Of a stretch of 64,000 nucleotides of DNA, positions 10,169-20,429 are shown one piece after another. The position numbers and the translations under genes were made by a program. Each line of letters starts with the position of its first letter. Within the stretch, counting starts at the first letter, position 1. The notes below the pieces were generated by a model. That model worked only from the letters and a program-made list of their open reading frames with translations. It ran no database searches and was not told the DNA's origin. This DNA is from an uncultured Methanolobus sp. (GTDB lineage Archaea > Halobacteriota > Methanosarcinia > Methanosarcinales > Methanosarcinaceae), in NCBI GenBank assembly GCA_963675495.1, contig OY776215.1, positions 864,001 to 928,000 of the forward strand, in the 5' to 3' direction.

Positions 10169-10437
10169 TTAGGGAAACACTGGGACTGCTGTTTGTTGAC
10201 AACTGTACGTTCCAGGAAGCAGCAAAAAAACTTGGAATTGACCAGGTTGGCGTCAAAGACAGGCTCATTATGCTGGAACATATGGGTTATATCATTGAAG
10301 TCTGTAACAATTCAGGACCAAAGTCATCCACTTGTTGCTCATGCTCTGCGGCATCTGCATGTTCAACCAACAATGCAGACTTTACAGGGAAAGCATACCA
10401 ACTGACCAAGAAAGGCGAAAAGATGTGCCGCAGCTAA
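10165..10437 (+). CDS. FeoC-like winged-helix protein with Cys cluster
   Basis: ATGA overlap with upstream gene; wHTH (FQEAAKKLGI...LIMLEHMGYI) and CCSCxxxxxC motif. Confidence 0.7.
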   Translation: MIRETLGLLFVDNCTFQEAAKKLGIDQVGVKDRLIMLEHMGYIIEVCNNSGPKSSTCCSCSAASACSTNNADFTGKAYQLTKKGEKMCRS

Positions 10438-10694
10438 ATATTCAAGAAGCTCCGAGCACATTTATTTAAGCATCTTGATCTAAAGTGTCAGGGTGCATAT
10501 ATTATAGTACTTTTCAATGTTTTTAGAAATATTCAAAATAAAGGAAATCGAGCTTAGTACTGTGAAAATTTAGCGGTTTCGATATGTACTTCAATCAGTT
10601 TAAATAATGATAATAAAAGACTACATTTACCGCAACATATATTTTTAAGTTCGGACACAGATAGTACGGTATTAATTTTTAAAAGGATTGAAAA

Positions 10695-12326
10695 GTGATT
10701 CAAATGAAACTTGGAGTTGCAATAGATATAGGCACCAGTGGTATAAGAGCACAGAAAATCGACCTTGATACCGGTGATATCCAGAAGACAGTCATCACTC
10801 TCCGTAACCCCCTCCCTGGGGCAAATGTTATGGATCACCTGGACTTTGCCATTACTTACGGGTTGGAACTTGCTCAAGGCTTGCATGTCAATGCAGTTAA
10901 ACATGTCATCGAAACGTTGGGCGTTAAACCAGAAGAACTGGAAAGAATGTCCATTTGTGGAAACCCGATTCAGCTCTCTATTTTCCAGGGGATCCCAATA
11001 GATGATCTTGCATATGCAGGTGAAAGGAAAAAGGAAAAACTGAACATCAAGGATCAGGAAAGGAATGCTCGTATTATCGATTGTTCAGAGATAAAAGGGC
11101 TTGAGGTATACCCTAATTCAAAACTTGTCGTTCCACCAGCCATCAGACACGAAGTTGGTGCCGATGCGCTTGCACTTATTATAAAATCAGGATTCATGGA
11201 TACGAAGGATACAGCAATTGCTACTGATTACGGAACTAACGCTGAGATGGCACTTATTCACGAAGGAACCATCTATACCGGTTCAGCTGCGGCAGGCCCT
11301 GCACTTGAAGGTCAGCAGATCAAATACGGAAAGCTTGCATCACCTTTTGTAATATCTGATGTTGAATTTGAAAATAATAACATACGCAATTATGTACTTA
11401 ATGAGGAAATGGACACTGTCAAAGCCCAACTCATAAATCCTAAAAATGGAGATATCATTGAAGAAGACTCCATTAAAGCAATGGGAATTACCGGAACAGG
11501 TGTCATTGCTATCATCGAAGCAGGAATGAAGAATGGAATAATCCAGCTTCCAAAGATAAACACTCCTGACCACATACTTTACCTACAGGACAAGATCAAG
11601 TTCTTCGAAAAAGACGTAGAAGCAGCAGGACTTGCAATGGGTGCTATCCGTGCAGGACACCTTGCATTGTGCAATGCAGCAGGAATACAAGTAGCTGATG
11701 TTAAGAAAGCATACATGTCTGGTGCCGCTGGAACTTATATGGATGCTGTCAAAGCACACCAGGTAGGAATGGTACCATACAATGTCGATGAAGTAATACA
11801 GATTGGTAACACATCATTGATAGTTTCAAGAGAGATCCTTTTGTCAGAAGACAGACTCTGGGAACTTCAGGACATGGCATCAAAAATAGTAAGCAATCAC
11901 GTTATGTTTGCAACTGATCCTGCATTCAAGGAAGCATATATCCAGGAAATATCATACTGGAGCGAAGGAATGCCTTTCAAGATGCTGAAAAAATTCCTGA
12001 AAAAGAAGGGACTTCCGCAAATAGACCTGCCTGAAGGTACCACAAAAGTCACCAAAGTTGTGGAAAAAGATATCCCTATACTCGGTGACGAAGGACTCGA
12101 AGTACTCGAACGTGTCGGCACGTTCCTGACAATGAAAGTTGACTGCCCTGAATGTCCAAAATGCATAAAGGTCTGCCCCAATGACGCGATCACCATTGAT
12201 GATGAGGGCGTTGTTATGATCAGTTCTGACCTTTGTGATGGGGCAAACTGTAAGAGATGTATCAACGCATGTCCAAAAGATACGTTCAGATGGGAGAACC
12301 TTACTGTGCTGGAACAATCAGCATAA
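10695..12326 (+). CDS. RamA-family ATP-dependent corrinoid protein reductive activase (methanol-linked paralogue)
   Basis: GVAIDIGTSGIRAQ, LRNPLPGANVMDHL, TDYGTNAEMAL, GSAAAGPALEG (ASKHA fold); C-terminal ferredoxin CxxCxxCxxxCP motifs; start 10695 (GTG) or 10704. Confidence 0.92.
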   Translation: MIQMKLGVAIDIGTSGIRAQKIDLDTGDIQKTVITLRNPLPGANVMDHLDFAITYGLELAQGLHVNAVKHVIETLGVKPEELERMSICGNPIQLSIFQGIPIDDLAYAGERKKEKLNIKDQERNARIIDCSEIKGLEVYPNSKLVVPPAIRHEVGADALALIIKSGFMDTKDTAIATDYGTNAEMALIHEGTIYTGSAAAGPALEGQQIKYGKLASPFVISDVEFENNNIRNYVLNEEMDTVKAQLINPKNGDIIEEDSIKAMGITGTGVIAIIEAGMKNGIIQLPKINTPDHILYLQDKIKFFEKDVEAAGLAMGAIRAGHLALCNAAGIQVADVKKAYMSGAAGTYMDAVKAHQVGMVPYNVDEVIQIGNTSLIVSREILLSEDRLWELQDMASKIVSNHVMFATDPAFKEAYIQEISYWSEGMPFKMLKKFLKKKGLPQIDLPEGTTKVTKVVEKDIPILGDEGLEVLERVGTFLTMKVDCPECPKCIKVCPNDAITIDDEGVVMISSDLCDGANCKRCINACPKDTFRWENLTVLEQSA

Positions 12327-12366
12327 TCTCTTTTTTTTTGATAGCTAGACAAAGAAGGTAAAAAAT

Positions 12367-13500
12367 ATGAAAGTTCTTGTAGTAGGCGGATTTTTAGGTA
12401 GCGGAAAAACATCAACCATTATACGATTGGGTAAGGAATTCAGTGATGCCGGTCAAAAGGTTGCAATCATTGTTAATGAGATCGGTGAAGTAGGTCTTGA
12501 TGGAGATGTCATCTCCAAGTACGGTCTTGATATGCAAGAGATAACGAACGGATGCATCTGTTGTACTCTTAAGGTTAGTATGAAAGCAACAATGACCCTT
12601 CTCTATAGGCAATACAATCCGGATATCGTACTTGTAGAACCTACCGGGATCGCATTCCCTGAGGTCATCAAGAACGATGTTGAGTTAATGGAACTGAAGG
12701 GTACTACTGTTCAGCCTCTTGTTACACTTATAGATGGTAGCAGATTCAAGCAGTTGATGAAAGAAGCAAGGAATTTTGCCATGCGTCAGATAATCGATGC
12801 TGAAATATTGGGTATTAATAAGATAGACCTTATCGATGAGATTCGTATCCCGATCATTGAAGCATCCGTACAGCAACTGAACCCTAAGGCAAAAGTGATA
12901 CTGCTTTCTGCGTCCAAGAAAGATGAACATTGGGACAACTTTGTGAAACTTGCAATGACCGAGGTCCCTGAAAATCGGGCAATGCATGAATACCATACTA
13001 CCAGCCCTGATACCACAATTATCGATGAGGTAACAGGTAAACCGGTAGAAGAAACACTTAATTCTATTGAGGCATCGGGGATAGCCAGCTACGCTACCGA
13101 ATACACGATAACTGATGGAATTAGCGCTGACCTTGCACAAAGCATTGCAAGTGAGATGATGGAAACTATCAAGTCAGAAGTTATGAAACTCAGTCCTGAA
13201 TTTGTAGGACACATCAAGTTGTTCATAGAATCAGATTCAAATACTGTCAAAACAAACCTTACGGCTTATGATCAGGATGTGACAATGGAAATTATTGATA
13301 CTGTAACTGAAGACTTGCCCCGACTCAAGGTACTCTCCGCAGTTTCAAGCATTGATCATGAAAAGCTTGTAGACATAGTTACTAGCACTATTTCACAGAA
13401 GCTAAGTGACAATGATATTACTTTCGAGCACAACAAGCCGCATAAGCATGATCATACCCATGGGCACCCACAGCCAATTGACATAATCAATAACAATTGA
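12367..13500 (+). CDS. COG0523 / CobW-type G3E GTPase metallochaperone
   Basis: GGFLGSGKT, VNEIG, GCICCTL, EPTGIA, INKID; His-rich C-terminus (HKHDHTHGH). Confidence 0.88.
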   Translation: MKVLVVGGFLGSGKTSTIIRLGKEFSDAGQKVAIIVNEIGEVGLDGDVISKYGLDMQEITNGCICCTLKVSMKATMTLLYRQYNPDIVLVEPTGIAFPEVIKNDVELMELKGTTVQPLVTLIDGSRFKQLMKEARNFAMRQIIDAEILGINKIDLIDEIRIPIIEASVQQLNPKAKVILLSASKKDEHWDNFVKLAMTEVPENRAMHEYHTTSPDTTIIDEVTGKPVEETLNSIEASGIASYATEYTITDGISADLAQSIASEMMETIKSEVMKLSPEFVGHIKLFIESDSNTVKTNLTAYDQDVTMEIIDTVTEDLPRLKVLSAVSSIDHEKLVDIVTSTISQKLSDNDITFEHNKPHKHDHTHGHPQPIDIINNN

Positions 13501-13503
13501 TTA

Positions 13504-13560
13504 GGATACAGGTTTACCCAAATAAAGCCTGTACCTTCTTTTTTTATTTCTTTTTTTATT
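13504..13560 (+). terminator. Hairpin plus oligo-T terminator
   Basis: TACAGGTTT...AAGCCTGTA stem followed by long T tracts. Confidence 0.55.
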
Positions 13561-14131
13561 GCATAGGGATGATCATTCCCTTGTTGATAGATCAAAAGCA
13601 GAATAGGATCATCAACAAATATAGGAAATCTGTGCCGCTATGAAATATTATATAAGTATTACGCATAAACAGATGAATAGTACATTTTTTGTAGATTTTC
13701 TGAAATTCGCTATGTATACTTCGACCTTTGACGATACTTAAATCAAACGGTTAACAATTGATAAAGAAGTAGTTACGATTCTAAAAATAATACAAAATCA
13801 AATTAAATTTTGAAAGTTACTCCGTGTTTTTTATGAAAATCTTGCATTATTTCACATATAGAATAAATATATTACTTATTAAATAAAAAAGAAAATAACA
13901 AGCCAACTTTACTTACAGACAAGAAAATGACAGAATTGAGCGGTACTATTTAAAACCAACGGGTACAGTCAGATTTTCTTATAACACTATAGTAAATAAA
14001 ACACACAAGTAAGACGCATACTGTATAAATATAATCAGATACTAGAACCACACTACGCTACAAAAACAGAAAACAGATGGTACTGTGTAAAAATATATGC
14101 TCCCGTTATATTTTGTATTTTTTATAAATAT

Positions 14132-14350
14132 GCAAAACCGTTAAACTTATATACGTATCTGGAATAGGTGGTTATGTGGAAAGATGAAGTTAGCCAATGA
14201 CTAAAGATTATTAGCAAACGGTTGTGGAGACTTTTGCAGAATCACTCAAAGTCATAAGCCAACAGATGTCCATCTGCTGCTTTACAGCATACTTCGCATG
14301 AACGTATGAAAAGTGGCAGGAAGTATCTAGATCTAAGGAGGTAGAATTAG
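14132..14350 (+). promoter_or_regulatory. mtaCB promoter and long structured 5' leader
   Basis: TATA-like CTTATATA at 14146-14153 about 200 bp before the ATG; stems GACTTT/AAAGTC, CAGAT/ATCTG, ATACTTC/GAAGTAT; AGGAGGT RBS. Confidence 0.5.
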
Positions 14351-15112
14351 ATGGATATAGACCCAAGTAAAATATTAGTAAGGTATAATGTTGCTAAAGA
14401 AAAAGCACAGACACCAGAAGAATTAGCAGCTGAGATGTACCCAAGTGCAGAACCAGCAAAATCAATCTGTGCTGCAATTTTCGATGGAGAAGAGGACGAC
14501 GTAATCGAAGGTCTTGAGAAGGCAATCGAGGGCGGAGCAGACCCAATAGCACTCATTGATGATGTGCTCATGGTCGGAATGAAGATCACAACAGACCTGT
14601 ATGACCAGGGTGTAATCTTCCTGCCAAACGTTATGATGTCAGCAGACGCAATGCTCGAGGGTATCGAGTTCTGTAAAGAACAGGGCGGATCAGCACCAAA
14701 GCCAAAAGGCAAGATTGTTTGCCACGTAGCAGAAGGTGACGTACACGACATCGGTAAGACAATTGTAGCAGCACTCCTCAGAGCAGCTGGATTTGAAGTT
14801 GTCGACCTTGGCCGTGACTGTCCAGTCGATGAAGTTATCGCAGCTGTAAAGAAGGAAAGCCCAATGATGCTTACCGGAACAGCATTGATGACAACAACAA
14901 TGTATGCATTTAAGGAAGTCAATGACAGACTCCTCGAGTCTGGTCTGAAGACACCATTCCAGTGTGGTGGCGGAGCAGTAAACCAGGACTTCGTAACCCA
15001 GTACGAACTCGGTGTATACGGAGAAGAAGCAGCAGATGCACCAAAGATGGCAGAAGCAATCCTTGCAGGAAAAGGACTTGCACAACTCAAGGAGACCTTC
15101 CACAAACACTAA
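14351..15112 (+). CDS. mtaC: Methanol corrinoid protein
   Basis: EGDVHDIGKTIV B12-binding motif, IFLPNVMMSADAM, GTALMTTTM; adjacent to mtaB. Confidence 0.96.
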   Translation: MDIDPSKILVRYNVAKEKAQTPEELAAEMYPSAEPAKSICAAIFDGEEDDVIEGLEKAIEGGADPIALIDDVLMVGMKITTDLYDQGVIFLPNVMMSADAMLEGIEFCKEQGGSAPKPKGKIVCHVAEGDVHDIGKTIVAALLRAAGFEVVDLGRDCPVDEVIAAVKKESPMMLTGTALMTTTMYAFKEVNDRLLESGLKTPFQCGGGAVNQDFVTQYELGVYGEEAADAPKMAEAILAGKGLAQLKETFHKH

Positions 15113-15124
15113 GGAGTGAGAGAA

Positions 15125-16510
15125 ATGGTAAAAAGATACACATCAATGGCATACAAAGCTGCTGACGACATGATCTTCGGTAAGTCAGTTTACCCAGTCA
15201 AAGCAGAACTCGGATTAGAAATAGGCGCAGGATACGTAACAGGTGAAGTAAACTACGCACCAAGACCAGAAGCTGGTGTCTCTAAAGAGAAACTTGTTTC
15301 AGAGTACCGCAGACTTACAACTGACATCATGGCAAGAGCTGTACAGGTCGGTTTCCCAGCAATAGTACTTGAAACAGAACACGTCGAGCAGATGACCAAC
15401 AACCCAGACTGGGGAGGAGAAGTCGCTCACGTACAGAAGACAATACTCGAAGAATACCACGAAGAATACGGAATCAAGACAGGTCTCAGACATACACCTG
15501 GTGACATCCGTGAAGACCGTGACCTTCTTGCACTCATCGGCGGAAAGTATGACACCCTTATGGAGTCATTCGAAGCTGTTGCAGACGCAGGAGCTGACTT
15601 CCTGTCCATCGAAACAATGGGCGGTAAGGAAATTCTCGACTACGCAATTCTTAGAAACGATGTACCTGGTCTCATTTACGCAATTGGCTGCCTTGGTTCA
15701 ATTGACATGACCATGATCTGGGAAGACATCAGAAAGATCGCAGACAAGAAGGGCAGAGTAGCAGCTGGTGACACAGACTGTGCACAGGCAAACACTGCAA
15801 TGTTTATTGCAGGTGGTCTCCTCGACAAGAACCTTGCACACACCCTTGCAATCCTTGCAAGAGCAATTTCCGCACCAAGAACACTCGCAGGCTATGAAGC
15901 AGGCGCACAGGGACCAGGAAAGGACTGTGGATACGAGAACACAATCGTAAAGTCCATTACCGGATGCCCAATCTCACAGGAAGGAAAGACCTCAACATGC
16001 GCACACTCTGACGTAATGGGTAACCTTGTCATGCAGTGCTGTGACCTTTGGTCAAACGAATCTGTAGAATACCACGCAGAATTCGGTGGTACCTCAGTAC
16101 AGTGCTGGTCCGAATCCCTGAACTACGATGCAGCAATGCTTAACGTAGCAACAGAGACCGGAAACGCAAAGATGCTTCGTGACATCCTCGTACTCTCTGA
16201 CAAGTACAGAGACCCACAGGGATATGTCCTTGCATACGACAATGCATTCAAGGTAGGAGAGGCAATCGCAAAGGACGGAGACGACCTTTACCTCCGTGCA
16301 AAGAACGCAGCAGTCGCATGTGTAGACATCCTCAACGCAGCAGACAGCAAGAAACTCGTCATGTCCAAGTTCGAGCTTGGTGCACTTGCAGACGCAGAGG
16401 CAGCACTCAAAGCAATGACCGACGAATCAGAAACCTTCATGAGCGAAAGCATGGAGAAATACAAGGCAGAGGTCGCTGTATTCAGACCAGACGCAAACTA
16501 CAAGTTCTAA
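15125..16510 (+). CDS. mtaB: Methanol:corrinoid methyltransferase
   Basis: EVNYAPRPEAG, LETEHV, GDTDCAQANTAM, GPGKDCGYEN, CAHSDVMGN, WSNESVEYH. Confidence 0.97.
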   Translation: MVKRYTSMAYKAADDMIFGKSVYPVKAELGLEIGAGYVTGEVNYAPRPEAGVSKEKLVSEYRRLTTDIMARAVQVGFPAIVLETEHVEQMTNNPDWGGEVAHVQKTILEEYHEEYGIKTGLRHTPGDIREDRDLLALIGGKYDTLMESFEAVADAGADFLSIETMGGKEILDYAILRNDVPGLIYAIGCLGSIDMTMIWEDIRKIADKKGRVAAGDTDCAQANTAMFIAGGLLDKNLAHTLAILARAISAPRTLAGYEAGAQGPGKDCGYENTIVKSITGCPISQEGKTSTCAHSDVMGNLVMQCCDLWSNESVEYHAEFGGTSVQCWSESLNYDAAMLNVATETGNAKMLRDILVLSDKYRDPQGYVLAYDNAFKVGEAIAKDGDDLYLRAKNAAVACVDILNAADSKKLVMSKFELGALADAEAALKAMTDESETFMSESMEKYKAEVAVFRPDANYKF

Positions 16511-16520
16511 ATTTAGAACT

Positions 16521-16545
16521 TGTTTCTTTTTTCTTTTTTTACTTT
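16521..16545 (+). terminator. Oligo-T terminator of mtaCB
   Basis: T-rich tract directly after the mtaB stop. Confidence 0.6.
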
Positions 16546-16624
16546 CAATAATAAAATCCCATACTGTAAAGTATGCTGTTTTTCAGACTTATAATAAAAA
16601 ATAAAAAAATTGTAGTCAAAAGAA

Positions 16625-18556
16625 TTACAATATAAACTTCTTAGGATAACCCACTCCTGAAATTGTAATTGTGGTTTCAAGAGGAGCATGCTTCCAGTCC
16701 TCTGGTGAAAAAATCTTTTTTGTCATTTTGATGTCAATATTATCCTTACTTACACCACATTCACCCATATAATCAAGAACCATACTTTTCCCATGTTTGT
16801 TTGCATATTCTACAGCATCATGATATTTTTCAAAATCTTTCCTTCCAATTGGGGAAAATACCATGTAACCTGCATCAGGATCAGCAACTGAAATCGGCCT
16901 TACAACGATCTCTATTCTTTTGATGCCTTTTCCAAAGAGAGCTCCTGCAGCATTTCCAACTTCTGCATGTTCAGGAATGATAATTTCCGCATCAATTATG
17001 TTCTCCATATTCTTCTGGTAAGCTGCAACAGGACCACCAAGCAAAACCACGGGAACGTCCACCTTAAATCTTGCATTGAATTTCCCATCAACTATGTCTT
17101 TTATCCCAGACCTTTCAACATCATGAAGAATATAAGACATCAGGTTGAAAGCCATATTCCTGGCTACAATATTTTTTACCTCATTACAGAATTCGAGGAT
17201 TCCCATCTTATAAAGATTCCTAAGCTTATCAGCCCCTACTTTTGATGCCTCAGCATCCCAGAAAGTATAATCACCGAGTACATGAAGAGCATCTGTCGGA
17301 GTAAAGCCAATTGCTTGTATCAACCTTTTCTGAATAAGAGAATCTATCGTAATAGTAGAGGGATGCTTTTTAGACAAATTGGTGATTTCATTAAGGCTCA
17401 TTGGCTCGTCGCCAATTACCTTGTAAACCTCAGCTTCCGACTCATTAAGACCAATGGGTTCAAATCCTGATCTCATGAAGAATTTTGTGGGCTGTATGTT
17501 CCTGTCAAGCACGCTTCTCATAGGAACAATATTTTTCTTCAATTTATTCAGGAATCCAGGATATTTGGAAGAGGCAAGACAGAGTGGAATAACTCTCCTT
17601 GGACCAATGTGTAATGCTTTGGAACATGTCCACACATGACTATCTCCCCCCATTGCAGAAGTTTCCATTCTTGTTGCACGGACCTTGGTTTTCCAGCCAC
17701 CTACTATAGCCCCTGTTTCAGACAATTCCGGCACACCATCGGTTATCGCTGAAACATCAGTGCTCGTACCACCAACATCCACTACCGCACAGGTCTCCTT
17801 ACCTGAAAGGAATGATGCTCCGACAAGACTTGCAGCTGGCCCGGAAAAAATGGATTCAACCGGTTTATCCAGCGCATCTTTCAAACCTACGACAGTGCCA
17901 TCGCATTTTAGCATCAGTAACCTGGCATCGATATCCTTTCTTTTGATCTCATCAATAACAGAACGGATAAATTTATGTGAAATTGGAAGTAACTGAGCAT
18001 TTAAAGATGCAGTTACTGCCCTTTCATATGCACCGAGATCCTGAGAAAGTTCATGCCCACAGACCACCGGTAATCCTGTCATTTCATGTATCACATCAGT
18101 AATTGCCAGTTCATGCCCGGGATTTCGAATACTGAAAACAGATGAAACTGCAAAGGCAGAAACATCATCTTTGATCTTTTGAGTGAATTTCCGTACTGCA
18201 CCAATATCAAGTTTTTCAATTTCCTCACCGTTAAAACCGTGGCCACCAGGAATTGAAAGTACATGTTTTGCCGGAAATTCACCTTTTATAGGGTGTTCTC
18301 CAACAAGAATAAGAGCCACCGGACTCCCCGTTCCTTCAAGTACTGTGTTTGTTGCAAGGGTCGTGGAAACCGATACAAGATTTACATTTTTAAGGTACTG
18401 CGAATCAAGTCCATCAATCGCATTCCTGATGCCCACCACCAGGTCAGGATATGTCGTAAGTGATTTATTAGAATCTACCACAGAAGCGTCAGAATCCCTT
18501 ACCAGAATAGCATCCGTATACGTACCGCCAGCATCAATTCCCAGACTATAGTGCAT
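16625..18556 (-). CDS. Hydantoinase/oxoprolinase A-family ATPase (ASKHA fold)
   Basis: GIDAGGTYTDA, SVSTTLATN, IFSGPAAS, VVDVGGTSTD, GGDS, FTPTDALH, AEVGNAAGA. Confidence 0.88.
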   Translation of the reverse strand: MHYSLGIDAGGTYTDAILVRDSDASVVDSNKSLTTYPDLVVGIRNAIDGLDSQYLKNVNLVSVSTTLATNTVLEGTGSPVALILVGEHPIKGEFPAKHVLSIPGGHGFNGEEIEKLDIGAVRKFTQKIKDDVSAFAVSSVFSIRNPGHELAITDVIHEMTGLPVVCGHELSQDLGAYERAVTASLNAQLLPISHKFIRSVIDEIKRKDIDARLLMLKCDGTVVGLKDALDKPVESIFSGPAASLVGASFLSGKETCAVVDVGGTSTDVSAITDGVPELSETGAIVGGWKTKVRATRMETSAMGGDSHVWTCSKALHIGPRRVIPLCLASSKYPGFLNKLKKNIVPMRSVLDRNIQPTKFFMRSGFEPIGLNESEAEVYKVIGDEPMSLNEITNLSKKHPSTITIDSLIQKRLIQAIGFTPTDALHVLGDYTFWDAEASKVGADKLRNLYKMGILEFCNEVKNIVARNMAFNLMSYILHDVERSGIKDIVDGKFNARFKVDVPVVLLGGPVAAYQKNMENIIDAEIIIPEHAEVGNAAGALFGKGIKRIEIVVRPISVADPDAGYMVFSPIGRKDFEKYHDAVEYANKHGKSMVLDYMGECGVSKDNIDIKMTKKIFSPEDWKHAPLETTITISGVGYPKKFIL

Positions 18557-18781
18557 AATATATCTCCATTTTTAAATTAAAAACCCAATGTTAAATTTCA
18601 AAAGGTGAACTAATAGCACAAATAAAATTTGAGCACTTAAAGATGTGCCTAAGTCATATTAAAAAGTTATGTTAACACTGAATAATGAAAACGAAAGCAA
18701 TAGAAGTAAATTAATACAAATTGAATAAAAAAAAATGTAGACATGACCATAGCTGAACTATGGTATGTCTGTTTAGAAAAT

Positions 18782-19792
18782 TTATGCGTAGAATTCGTTT
18801 CTTGCTTCGACCATTGCTTTGAGGTTTGCAACTGGAGTGTCAGGTGCAATTCCACAGCCTGGTGCAAGTACATCAACGCCGTCTTTAAGAGCTTTTGTTG
18901 CAGCTGCTTTAACAGTTGCCTCGTCACCTGCAAGAAGAACAAAAGGACTTGAAACGTTACCACAGATAGTAACCTTGTCGCCGACCTTTGCCTTTGCACC
19001 TGCAAGATCCTCTACCTTCTCTTCAATACTTATTGATAGGAAGTGGCAGTCTGCCATCATTTCAAGGATTGGTGTTACATCGCCACAAACGTGGAGAATC
19101 ATTGGACCTTTTACACCATCAGCGAATTTCTGAAGGAATGGCTTGAGGAGTTTGTCAAATGTGTCTGGTGACATCAGGTCAGGTGAGGCTACTGGGTCTG
19201 GTACACTGACAACATCTGCGCCTGCATCGAAGAGTGCATTTGCGTACTCGATACATGCATCGCATGCGAAGTCAAGAATTGTGTTGAAGTCTTCTGGCTT
19301 TTTGATTGACCATTTCATGAACTTCTTTACACTTGCGAGGTCAGATGCGAGGGTAACTGGACCTTCCATACCTGCAATTATAGGTACTTCATCTCCTACT
19401 TTTTCCCTGATGATCTTCATTGTTTCAAGTACAGTAGGAATTCTGCCTACACTAAGGAGATTCTCTGGCATTGCAAGATTGTCAACGCCCTTTGGGTATG
19501 GGTGGTCGGTAACTGAAGGCTGTCTGTTCTTTGTGCCCATGTTGACTTCGCAACCCATTGCTTCTGCAAGTACTGTGAGACAGTATGGAGCTCTTACACC
19601 CTCAAGACCACATACTTCGTATGATGCGATTGCAAGGTCTGCCATCATTTCTGCATTGCTGTGTGCTTCTGGCCATGCTGCACCTGTCTGGTCCATGAGC
19701 TCAACAATAGCGGACTGTGTTACGGTCAGAACTGGAACTTTGTCAACTTCTTCGCCTTTTAATGCTTTGAGTAATCTTTCTTTCATGTTCAT
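18782..19792 (-). CDS. mtaA: Methylcobamide:coenzyme M methyltransferase
   Basis: URO-D fold; PYCLTVLAEAMG, MEGPVTLASDL, LHVCG zinc motif, LAPGCGI; located in the mta cluster. Confidence 0.92.
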   Translation of the reverse strand: MNMKERLLKALKGEEVDKVPVLTVTQSAIVELMDQTGAAWPEAHSNAEMMADLAIASYEVCGLEGVRAPYCLTVLAEAMGCEVNMGTKNRQPSVTDHPYPKGVDNLAMPENLLSVGRIPTVLETMKIIREKVGDEVPIIAGMEGPVTLASDLASVKKFMKWSIKKPEDFNTILDFACDACIEYANALFDAGADVVSVPDPVASPDLMSPDTFDKLLKPFLQKFADGVKGPMILHVCGDVTPILEMMADCHFLSISIEEKVEDLAGAKAKVGDKVTICGNVSSPFVLLAGDEATVKAAATKALKDGVDVLAPGCGIAPDTPVANLKAMVEARNEFYA

Positions 19793-19840
19793 AATGAATC
19801 CTTCTCTGTTGAGTAGATTTAGTCACCCTGATTTAAGTGA

Positions 19841-19967
19841 CATCAGATATAAAACTATTGGATTGGAATTATTAGATTAAAGCTGAGGGATGCAGAAAAC
19901 AAGGAAAATGATAGTTTGAGAAATCATCTGATATAAATCTGTTGGATTAAACAATTAGATTAAAGCT
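19841..19967 (-). repeat. Duplicated ~44-bp promoter unit upstream of mtaA
   Basis: 19841-19884 CATCAGATATAAAACTATTGGATTGGAATTATTAGATTAAAGCT vs 19925-19967 CATCTGATATAAATCTGTTGGATTAAACAATTAGATTAAAGCT; each carries TTTATATC on the mtaA strand. Confidence 0.75.
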
Positions 19968-20132
19968 AAGAAATTAAGAAAATGAGATTAAATGGGCTTG
20001 AGTAGCATACATAAATTAATCGGCATATGCCAGCAGATTTTAAAAAATGACTAAACAATTAAAAAAATCAAAACAATTGATTTAAATAAAAAAATAATTT
20101 GAAAAGCATTAAAATCTATTGAATACTTTTCA

Positions 20133-20318
20133 TTACTTTTTCTCATCGCTCCAGATAGCAATGATCTTGTTAATAGCAATGTGCGTGTACATATCATTGT
20201 CCTTTATGGTCAGAACACCATCAGCACATGCTTCAACAACACCATAGAATCTGTCAGGTCCACCACAATAGATATCGATCTTCTTTTGCAGGTAATGTTC
20301 AACTATGAACGATTGCAT
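20133..20318 (-). CDS. Small Sm/LSm-like beta protein (MM0924 family)
   Basis: GGAGG RBS; MQSFIVEHYLQKKIDIYCGG...GVVEACADGVLTI...HIAINKIIAIW. Confidence 0.7.
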   Translation of the reverse strand: MQSFIVEHYLQKKIDIYCGGPDRFYGVVEACADGVLTIKDNDMYTHIAINKIIAIWSDEKK

Positions 20319-20429
20319 ATTTAGCCTCCCATCTATAAAACCATAGGTCAAAAAACCCTACACATTTAAATTTTGTACTTTTTTTATATTAACATTATCT
20401 ATTCGTGTAGACTTACAGATAAGAGCAAT

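Noticed and set aside
19143-19880. Long antisense ORFs (245 aa here; also 14347..15105, 11897..12415, 32977..33456 and others)
   Set aside because: Shadow frames opposite well-conserved genes, with no recognisable motifs
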